Origin: an uncultured Planctomycetota bacterium
Lineage (GTDB): Bacteria > Planctomycetota > Planctomycetia > Isosphaerales > Isosphaeraceae
Reading direction: 5' to 3'
Assembly: GCA_963823665.1 (NCBI GenBank)
Contig: CAWGMQ010000005.1
Coordinates: forward strand, 1,216,001 to 1,280,000
DNA length: 64,000 nt
Both the position numbers and the translations under genes were made by a program. Each line of letters begins with the position of its first letter. Within the stretch, counting starts at the first letter, position 1. Positions 54,712-64,000 of this stretch are shown here, in pieces. The notes under the pieces were generated by a model. That model was not told the DNA's origin and did not search any database. It saw only the letters and a program-made list of their open reading frames with translations.

Positions 54712-55581
54712 CTAACCAACGCTGCGGCGCGTATCACTGCTTTTCTGGCGGGACCGGGACGCGCCGTGGGCGGAACCCGCGCCCCTCAGGGTGTCGAAGT
54801 ACGGATCCTGGGTAGTGGGGCCTTCCTTGGTTGGACTCATCCAGACATCCTTGCCATCGAGTTTCAGGCTGACTTCGGCGCGCGAAAGCGGGGCTGCTGC
54901 ATAAGCCCATGTGGGCGTGCCCTTGTCGTTTCGCCTGGCTTCAATCAGAAGTAAGATCTCAGGGTTGGTGCCGTTGGCATAGATGAAGACTGCCCCGTCG
55001 ACCACGCCGGACGCTGGATCGGTATAACGGTCGATGGGGTGGGCGAGGAGACGTAGGGCGTAGTGTTTGTTGTCATAGAACTCACGCGCTGAGATCCGCC
55101 GGAGGATATCCTTCATCTGACGCATCCTCTGGGTTTCGTCGCCGGCAGGAGCCGGTGCGCCGGCGATTTCACTGTGCTTGACTCCCGCCTTCTGCGGCCT
55201 CCATCGCAAACTGTCATCATGGGCTTCGACGAGCCCGGTCGAAAGCGAGACGAACTCGAGCGACCAGGCTGCGTAGAGCTCGATACCAAGGACGGCGACT
55301 GGACGGCCTCCGGACTTGCACACCCAGAGAGCGCCGCCGCTAAAGGGGCGGGTGGGGTCAGTCCAGCGGTGCGAGGGGTTGGTCAAGAGTTCGGCCGGGG
55401 TGCGATTCACTCCGTCGACCACGGCGAACTTGAAGCCTTGCGCGATCTGCTTCATCTCGGCGAGCCGCTGGGTCGACTCGTCATCCTTCGCGGTTTCTTG
55501 CCGGGCGGATTTAGAAACTCCGCTCTGGGGAACCTGGCTCACGACTGTCAGAATCAGGCACAGGCACATGGGATGGTTCAT
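54712..55581 (-). CDS. Secreted hypothetical protein, paralog B
   Basis: Signal peptide. Motifs RWTDPTR, GRP, LRLLAHPIDRY, DGAVF and GTNPEILLLIEAR. Confidence 0.8.
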   Translation of the reverse strand: MNHPMCLCLILTVVSQVPQSGVSKSARQETAKDDESTQRLAEMKQIAQGFKFAVVDGVNRTPAELLTNPSHRWTDPTRPFSGGALWVCKSGGRPVAVLGIELYAAWSLEFVSLSTGLVEAHDDSLRWRPQKAGVKHSEIAGAPAPAGDETQRMRQMKDILRRISAREFYDNKHYALRLLAHPIDRYTDPASGVVDGAVFIYANGTNPEILLLIEARRNDKGTPTWAYAAAPLSRAEVSLKLDGKDVWMSPTKEGPTTQDPYFDTLRGAGSAHGASRSRQKSSDTRRSVG

Positions 55582-55670
55582 GGGAGGTTCCTTCATTCAA
55601 CCTTGATCAACCGCGTTCCTGATCGAAGCGCGGTCTCGAAGATCATAAGAATCATCTCCTCTTATGATTG

Positions 55671-58162
55671 TCACGCCATGCCAAGACGGCGGCGCCAGAT
55701 CCATTCGATGGTGAGCAGGACCAAGAGAAGGGCCAGGAGCCACCAGACGCTCCACGCTGGTGTCGTTCGTAGATCCGAAGGCGCGGTGAGCCGGGGCAGA
55801 CTTTCGATCATCGCAGCCAGGTCGTTTGCATCCTTCAAGACGGTGCCGCCGGACTGACTGGCAACCTGGCGCAGCAGGTCGTGGTCGGGCAGTGCGTTCT
55901 GTTGCTCGGTCGGGTCGTCGAGGATCTGGATCTCGAGCGAGGTACTATCGACCTGGGTGTTATCTTCGTAGGCGGTCAACTCGATGCGCAAGTCCCGGGT
56001 CAAGATCACGCCGGGCGGGAGTGCGCGGGCCTCCGCGATCGGCAGGATCGCGCCATAGGACTTATCGGACTGGTCGCGTGCCAGGTCGAATTCTTCGCTC
56101 CAGGGTAGGAACTGACCTTCGACCCCGGAGGCCGTCCTGGCGCCGGAGGGACGGCGAAGGGGTGAGGTTTCGGAGCTCGAATCGGCGGCGGAGCGGGGAT
56201 CGACGGTGACGGCGACGCGATAGGCGAGAGTTGGCGCGGCGTTTTCGTCGAAAGCGCAGGCGCGGAGGTTGATTGGCTCGCCGGCCCGGTAGAGCCGCTT
56301 GTCGGTCTCGGCGAGCAGGCGGCGGCGGCCGATTGAAGAGTTCTCGGTCAGCCAGTAGACGACGTTGCGCCAGAACTTCTTGTAAAAGCGAGCGTCGCCG
56401 CCACCCCACGACTGGGAGAAGTCACCCGCCCAGCGGCGAGTGATGCCGGTGCTGATCGCCATGGTACGGCCTCTGCCGAAGGGTTGGACCACGATCGCCG
56501 GAGGTAACGCACCCGCAACTGGAGGCGCGCCTTTTTGAGCGAGCACAAGGGCGCCCGGCTTGACCCGGCCCAATCGATTGCTCCCCAGGAAGGTGGGCAA
56601 GGCCTTGAGCGATTTCTGATTGAATGCTTCATCGGAGGAGAGGTGCCAGACCGGATGACCTGCGCCCGCGGCGGTGACTTCGAGGCTGGTCCGCGCGTCG
56701 TCCCAATCGCGCGCGGTGGGGGCCAGCTCGATCGGAAGCATCTGGCCGACGGAGGTTTCATTCCAGTGGCCCGAGCCGAAACTATTGGGCCCACCGGCCA
56801 TGCAAAGCCCGCCCCCGCGCCGGCCCACCCATTCTTCGATCCAGGCGAGGTTCTCATCGCTCAGCACGTCGCGCGGCACGTTGCTCAGGATCATCGCATC
56901 GTAGGCAAAGAACTGCGAAGCGTTTTCTGGGAAGAAGCGCCAGCGCCCGGAGAAATCGTCACCACCACCCTCACCCATGATGACGACTGTGCACTCGACG
57001 TCGGGGTCTTCCATCAATGCCGATTGAAGTGACGAGGAAGAGGCAACCGCGCGGGCGCGCGGTTGCCGGCGGTAGACGGAGCGGGTTGCTCCAAGAACCT
57101 TTCACTCGAGCCTTCAAGATAGAGCACGCGGATCTTGGTGTGATCGATGGCGAGATCAGACCCGAATGCGTTGTTTGCGACGGATACCTCGCCGGGCTGC
57201 GGGTCGATCCGGGCCTCGACACGGCCGTCCTGATCACCCGATTCGAAGGCAATCGGGTAGCTGGTCAGGCCCTCTTGAAGCACGACCGGGGTGTGCGCAA
57301 GCACCGTCTCCGGCTTGCCGCCCTCCGCCACGGCCACGATTTGCAGCTCGGATCGTTTGCCTCTAAATCCATAGCATCGAACAAAGATCTGCGCGGAGAC
57401 CTTTGAGTGCTTCCTGACTAGATTGGGCGCCACCATGCTGACGATGGCGACATCGCCCCCCGCGTTCTCGTTCCCCAAGGGAACGACGTGCACGGGGATG
57501 TTCATCCGCGCGTAAGCGCGTGCGATCTTGAGCGCGCGAGCGGGGTCGCGCGTGCGGCCGTCGGAGAAAACGACCAAAGCCTGGGGCGGGGTCTGTCCGA
57601 ACCGGTCGGTGAGCTCTTCGAGGGAGGCGCCCAAGAGGGTATCTGAATCGGTCGGGGCCGGGGCCGGTTCGCCCGCTTTTCCCGACTCGGCGACAGGCGA
57701 AGCGCCGGGCTCGTGCCCGGCGGCGGATTCAGCCGGTGCCCTGCGACAGAACTCCGGGTCGACAGCGGCCAAGCGGGCGCCGAACCGGAACGTACTGACC
57801 TGGGCAGCGACACGTGGATTCCGAGCCGACGCGGTGGTCCTGATCGTTTCGAGGGCCTGGTTCCAGCGGGTCGCGTCCTTGCCGAGGGCCATGCTTTGCG
57901 ACGCATCCAACAGGTAGAACAGCTTGGGCAACTCGAGGGAACCCTTGGTCTCATCTACCCGTACGGGATTCATGATGATCAGACCGAGGATCGCGAGCAG
58001 TGCCAGCCGGATGGTGAGCAGCCCGATACGCCGCGCGGGCATCATCGGCCGGCCCGCGATCAAGCGCAGCAGCGCGAACCCCGCTACGGCCGCAACCGCA
58101 AGCGAAATCAAGAGCGCGAGCGAATAGGGTGTCGCCCACTGGATCGTTGAGTTGAGATTCAT
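55671..58162 (-). CDS. Membrane protein with vWA and GATase1-like domains, frameshift near 57050
   Basis: Two N-terminal TMs, MIDAS LLDASQSM and VFSDG, then YDAMILSNV, GGGLCMAGG and GRGR. C-terminal TM LTIEWIWRRRLGMA. Confidence 0.85.
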
Positions 58163-58235
58163 CTATTCTCGCCGGTTTAATCGGTCGATTGTTGGAAAGC
58201 GGACTGACCGCTCCGGGTTCGTGTTTGAGCGATGG

Positions 58236-61200
58236 TTACTGTCGGTTGCCCGTTGTCGAGAGCACTTCGTAATACCGTTCGACCAGCTCCTTGAAAGCGG
58301 AAGGCGTCGCCTCGTCACGCGCAGAGATCATATCCTTGAGCAGCAGCTCCTGGATCTTGTTCCGGAGCGTGTCGCTCACCGAGGATAGCGTCGCGAGAAG
58401 AGTCGCGGGCCCGAGAGTGCCTCCGTTACCGCCGGCGGCCACCAAATCGGACAGAGCCTTGGCCGATTCGGTGGAGCCGGCCTTTTCCAGGTCCCGACTC
58501 AGGGCCTCGGCGAGCCGACGCCACTCGGCGAGGTTGTCACCAGGCTGCGCTTCTTGAGCTCGACGGAGAGCTCGGTGACGCGCTTGTCGATGTCGAGTAG
58601 GCTCGCAAGCTCCGGCGCAATGATTGCGCGATAGAGGGAGTCGAGCTGCCGGGCAAGCATTTCGAGGCTCCGCGACAGCTTTTTCGCGTCGCGACGGGCC
58701 TGCGGCTTCTGTCCGGCGACGTAAAGCTCGCCGATCCGGCGCGTGCTCTCGACGACCCGAGTGGCCTCACTCTGCTCGACCAATTCGCGGATCCGGTCGG
58801 CGGAGTCTCCCTCGGCGCTCAAGCTGGCGTCTTTCATCCATTGCTCCAGTGTTTTGGCCGCCTCTTCCAACTGTTCGAGTTGTTCGGCTGCGGTGAGCGC
58901 GCGCCAGCCGCCACGACCGGCCTTCCCACTGCCTGCATTGCCCGCGGCTCCCTTGTCTTGCCCCTGGCCCGGCTGGGCCCCTGATGCCGGTGCTTCTTCT
59001 GGAATCTCGCCGAATTCACCTTCGTGCTGGGCCATCTCGTCTGCCAGATCGCGGGCCATCGCCAGCTCGGCCGCGACCTCGAGCGCAAGCTCACCTTTGA
59101 CCTGACGCGCCAGCTCGTGAAGCTTCGCCGCAGCCGCCTTGGCGCTCGGGGCGGCCTCGCTCGCGTTGCCACGTGCCAGCGCACCCTTTGCCTTCTGCGC
59201 CGCGTCGGACGCTTTTGCCATCCGGACCTTGGCGAGGTCTGACGACGTTTCCAGTTTCTTGAGTCTCTCTTCGAGCTCGGCGAGTTTATCGACGATCTGC
59301 TCTTGCCGCGCCGTCGCCTCGCGTCGTTTGTCGTCTTTGGGCTCGCTCTCCGCGTTCTCTTCGGCCGCGCTCTTCTTGCCTCGTTCTTGATCTGTCAGGA
59401 CGGCGCCCAGCGTCGCGTAGACGAAATCTTCGTCGTCGGCTGCCTGTTCGATTTGCTCGGCGATCTCCTCGGCCTCCTCCTGGTCTTTCTTGGGGCGACG
59501 AATCTTCTGGCTCTGCATGCGGTCGTAGCCGCGCATCGCCCGGCGGGCGGCAGCACTTGCCATGCCGATCGTGATGCGCAGCGTGTTGCGAGCGCTGACA
59601 AGATGACGAAGGGCGCTTCCCATATGGTCCGGGGCGCGCTCATTCTGGCCGTGGTCGAGCGCTCCGACGGCCGCCAGCATCGACTCCTCGGCGGCGTGCA
59701 GGGGCTCAATTCGCTCACCGACGATCCCCTCGATACCTCGTGTCAGCTCGCGCGTCAGCTCGACGAGCGTCTCCTCGAAGCTCGCGATCTTGAGGGGATC
59801 GTCGCCATAGGTCTTGTCAGCGGCCTTGTGTTTTGCCAGCCGCGTTGCCCGATTCAAATTGAAGCGCTGACGAGCAATCAGCTCCGACAGGGATGCGAGC
59901 TCGCCGTCGCCCTCCTCCCCGTCGCCGCTTTCGCCAAGCTTATATTCGCGTTTGAACGGGCGGATGTCGATGTAGCGCAGGTCGGTTTCCGTACGCCGAG
60001 GACCCATGGGACGGTGATCCTCGGCGAAGGCGTAGTAGACCAGGCTGTCGGTCGGGGACGCGGCGAGCTTTTCCAGCAGGAGCGTTTCCTCGAGCGCGGC
60101 GTTGGTTGTTCGCGATTGAGCGGCGCCGGCCTTGAAATCCTTGACGATCAAGGTCTGCTCATCGCCGTTATTGAACTGGAAAACGATGCCGGCTCTGCTC
60201 AAGCCGAAATCGTCAACAACGCGAATGCGGGTCAAGACCTCGGCAACGGGATTGACCTCGATGGCCTCGTCGGGGCGTTCGAACGCAACGCGCGGCGCGC
60301 GATCTTCAGAGACCTCGATCTTGTAGCGGTTCCTGGGAAACAACCGGCCGTCGGCAGTCCGGGCGTCAATCTCGTATTCCAGGCCCTTCTCCAACTTGAG
60401 CCGGCCGGTATAGCTCTCACCCGATGACTTCAAAGGAATCACCTGGGGCGGCGCTTTGTCTTTCGTGCGACGGACGGCGGGATCGAAGAAGACGAGCGCT
60501 GCCTCAACTGCTCTTCCATCGAACGCGAGCTCGAATGTCGCTTCACTTCCCTCGATGACCCGGAGGTCGCCCCCCGGTACCGTGGTCGTCTGGACGCCGG
60601 TGTAACTGGGTGGCTCGAGCGAGACTTCGAACGCTTTCAGTGCAAGCGGATAGCGGACATCGATCCGGTAGACGGGGCTCGACGTCTTGCCGGCGACGAC
60701 GCGGTAGTCAAGCGGCTTTTCAACCTTCTCGAGCTTGGCCACTCGCTTCCAGGCCGGACCGCGGTCGGGCGGTTCGAGCGCAGTGGTCTTCCAAGCACCT
60801 TCGGGCTCATCCACGGCCCGGGTATAGAGAACCACTTCTCGCTTCAACCGGCCATGTAGCTCGACGGCCAGCGGCACGGAGCCTCCCTGGTCCACCAGCG
60901 CATTTTGCGGTGCAACGGAAATCGTGGTGTAAGGAAGGCGGCCCAACAGTGCGCGGTCTAGCGCGAGCCGCCACTGGGGGCTTCGTCCCGCGGCAACGAG
61001 AAGGAAGAGTGATGGAACTGAGGCCACGGCGGCGATCGCCCATGCCGGTCGCCAGCGCACCATCCGATCGAGGGCCAGAGGCTCGACTTGAAAGTCAGTA
61101 TCGCGCTCGAGGGCCTCGACCAGACTCGGAGCGGCGCCTTCCGTGCTGAGGAGATCGTACGAGAGTCCGGCATACTGGACGACCGTACGAACCCGCTGGC

Positions 61201-61510
61201 CAAGTTGTGGGAAGCGGCTCTCGATCTCGATGGCGGTTCGCGGCTTCGTCCACCAGCGTAGCGGCGCGAAGACCTTGAAGCCCAGCGTGGCCAGTGTGAC
61301 GACGCCGCATGCGAAGAGACCGGCGGCGCGCATGATCCAGGGCAGCTCGAAGAGAAAATCGGCCACGGTCAACAGGGTGAAGCCGAGCACAGCGGCCAGG
61401 AGCGTCCAGCACAGACCCAGGGCGACCTGGAACCTGCGAATGGATGCGCAGACGTGCTCGAAACGATTGAGGAACTTCGTTGCGGTCGGTTCGGAGGTCG
61501 CGAGGCTCAT
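58236..61510 (-). CDS. DUF4175-like membrane protein with Ig-like and coiled-coil regions, frameshift near 58551
   Basis: N-terminal TMs, IESRFPQL, PPSYTG, DRAPRV, DDFGL and a long helical region. The C-terminus PSAFKELVERYYEVLS is in the next frame. Confidence 0.75.
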
Positions 61511-61529
61511 GAGTGTTCCTTTCCTTCCG

Positions 61530-63472
61530 TCAGGCCGCTGTCCTGTTTGCGAGGAAATTCTCTACAAGAAGCAAGCCGGCTAAAGAGAGTGCAAACCAGG
61601 GCCAAAGCTCGTCATTTCGAGAGCGGTCGTCAGAAACCGTCTTGCGCGACCCGACGATGTCTTCGGTAACCGGCTCAGGCGGCGAGAAGCCGAATCGCTG
61701 CGCGAACTCACTCGGCGTGCACCTCGCCGTTTCCGACTCGAGGGGGTCGGTATTCACGACGTGAACCACGCCGTCCGACTCGATGACGCCCGGCTTCCGC
61801 GTGTCGTCGATCTTCTCACGACGGATGCGGCCTTCCTCGCCGCCTCCAGAGAGATAGCCGGCCATTTGATGCACTATGGGCAGGTACATGCGACCGCGCG
61901 GCCAGTCGCCCCAGGCACGGTCGCACGACGAGGTGAACCAGAGGACCTTGCCGCGCCCCAGTGCCCGCTCCAGGAGCGCAGGCTCATCACCACGAAACCA
62001 TGCAAGCACCCGCGCTCGCGGATCGACCTTGATCCGCGTGATCGATGTGAACACGGGCCGGCGCAGGTCGCCGGATTCCGGGTCGTCGAATGGCTTGAAC
62101 ACGGGGTGCCCGGACTGCCATCGCTCAAGGCGCCAGGGCACGTCGCTTGCCGTTGCGGGCCCGAGAATCGTGCCCACACCCAGCCCGGCCGCCTCGAGCT
62201 CACGGGAGCTCGTCGCGACGCGGTCGCCGGTGAACACGAGCAGGCCGCCGCCACGTTCGACAAAGTCGGCCAGGCGCTTGGCGTCGGGCGGCTCGACATC
62301 GGCGACATTCGCCAGGACCACGACCTCCGTCTTCTCCAAGGAAGGGAGACTCGTGCCCGCGGTGAAATCGACGGACCGTGAATCAAACGGTGCCTTTGCG
62401 TAGCGCTGGCCAGGCGGGGCGAGCCGCAGCGCTGCCTGCAGGAAGTAGGTCTCAGACTCGTAAGGAACTCGACCTGGATCGCCGTCCAAGACCAGCACGC
62501 GGACGGGAGGCGCGACCCGCAGAGCCAAGAAACGGCGGTCGTCGAACGCCAGATCATTGCGCAGGGAGATCTCGACGTGCCCCCGCCAAAGTCCCTCGGG
62601 CAAGGTGTCGAGGGAGAAGGCGACCCTGGCCGTCGCGCCCCCTTCGAGATCGATCTCGCGAATCTGGTCGCGCTTCTGATCGCCGGCCTCAACATGGAGT
62701 CGGACGGGGCACCTGGAAATCGGCAGCGGCGACGTATTGAAGATGGTTGCCGTGATGGTGGCCGCATCCCCCGGCCGGAGGTTTCGCGGCGCGATCGTGA
62801 TATCCGTCACCGCGACATTTCGCGGAAACGCGCGGCCGAAATCATGAATATGCACCTCGACGCCGGCCGGAAGCGTCACGGATTCGGAACGATCGAGGCC
62901 GGAGCGCTGGAGATCCGTGAAGACGTGCAGCTCGTTCCGTGTTTTCCGAGAGCGCACAAAAATGTCTCGGGCCCAGGCCATCGCGACGTTGTAGTCGGTG
63001 CCGCTCGAAGTCGGCTCGATCGCAGCCGTCCGTATTTCGGCGGGATCAGCGAGGGGGTGAACGGTTTCGGCGAAAGTGGCGACCTCGAGCGTCGTGCCCT
63101 CGCCTGCGCGACTCACGATCGCACGCGCCTCGCTCAGGGCTTGATCGATCGGCCGGGAGCCGTCGTCCAGTCCCATGCTGGCCGACCGGTCTAGCAGGAC
63201 GATGACCAGGCGTTCTCCCGCGGCCGGCTCGGTCGCCAGCATATAGGGCGCGCGAACAGGAGCGCGATCAGCGCCAGGCTTCCCATCCGCAGCGCCAGGA
63301 GGAGCCAGCGTCTCAGTTTCCGCCGCTGGGCGTTATCGCGCAGCACAACCTTGAGGAACTGGAGTGTGCCGAGGTCGACCAGGCGAGCCCTGGAGCGGAA
63401 CATCAGATGGATGATGATCGGAATCGCCAGGGCGCCGAAGGCGCCGAGCATCCCGAACTGAATGAATTGCAT
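61530..63472 (-). CDS. BatA-type double-TM + vWA domain protein, frameshift near 63247
   Basis: LAIPIIIHL...FL...LLLALR...FARP, MIDAS LLDRSASM and FTDLQ, a GATase-like region, and C-terminal ELWPWF...LLVENFLANR. Confidence 0.88.
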
Positions 63473-63552
63473 GGGCCCTCGGGTTACGTGCTTTTGAGAT
63501 CGATCCTCATCAACGCGCTATTCCTGAATGCGGCCGGCCCGTCGCCGGCTTC

Positions 63553-64000
63553 TTACTCGTCCTGGACCGGCCTGGTGAAGAGCCAGTACGCGTCGTCAGA
63601 CCCCTTGGGGTGGCCTCCGCCGGACCAGATCTCTTCACCGTCGAATTCCACATGAGTCTTCGCCACAGAGACGCGTGCGAAACCGCAATGCCAGGCCGGT
63701 TCCGACGAGCCCTCGCTGCGCGCTTCAACGAGCATCACGATTTCCGGGTTCCTGCCGTACGCGATGATGAACATCGCTCCGTCGATCAAGCCGAATTTCG
63801 CGTCGGCGTAACGGTGAACGGGCTGAGGGAGGAGGCGAAGCTCGTAGCGCTCGCCGGCAACCTGGCCGCGAGGCAAGGTCGTTTCATGGGCCTTGATCTG
63901 CCGCGCCAGGTCTTTCATCTGCCTGAGCCGGCTCGCCGCGTCTTTGGCCGGCACCGGTGCCTTGGAGAACTTCTGCACGGGGGCCCCTGGCTCCGACGGC
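63553..64000 (-). CDS. Hypothetical protein, paralog C (5' end outside the window)
   Basis: RLRQMKDLAR, YELRLLPQPVHRY, DGAMF and GRNPEIVMLVEAR. Confidence 0.78.
   Translation of the reverse strand, partial: PSEPGAPVQKFSKAPVPAKDAASRLRQMKDLARQIKAHETTLPRGQVAGERYELRLLPQPVHRYADAKFGLIDGAMFIIAYGRNPEIVMLVEARSEGSSEPAWHCGFARVSVAKTHVEFDGEEIWSGGGHPKGSDDAYWLFTRPVQDE

Noticed and set aside
1..64000. rRNA, tRNA, transposase, integrase or prophage genes
   Set aside because: No supporting motifs were seen. Small RNAs cannot be excluded without covariance searches.

Overview
High-GC bacterial DNA with typical Planctomycetota content, most likely Isosphaeraceae (inference from DUF1559, DUF1549/1553, DUF1501, LE(D/P)RxLL-motif secreted proteins and an ECF-kinase pair). 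From left to right: a Tat flavin amine oxidase cut by the window edge, a histidine-kinase remnant, an esterase, a decayed DUF433/PIN toxin-antitoxin remnant, a DUF1559 locus, a Met-rich multicopper oxidase plus TolC pair, DUF3467 and a TPR-sulfotransferase, a 1490-aa secreted subtilase and a sugar epimerase. An ECF sigma and Ser/Thr kinase pair then precedes a ~5000-aa adhesin with 27 IPT/TIG repeats, a 2295-bp tandem duplication and an embedded GHSRG hydrolase domain. The best candidate for a new system is an ECF sigma factor fused through one TM helix to a C-terminal CxxCH cytochrome c'-like domain, directly upstream of System II cytochrome c maturation genes. Further right are a BlaI / M56-WD40x21 / DUF1549-1553 / DUF1501 / EF-hand operon behind mirror-image divergent promoters, and a convergent BatA/vWA/DUF4175-like operon. 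Three paralogs of one uncharacterised secreted family punctuate that region. About 13 frameshifts in otherwise intact genes look like long-read consensus errors. No rRNA, tRNA, CRISPR array or transposase was seen. All family calls come from motif recognition, not database searches.
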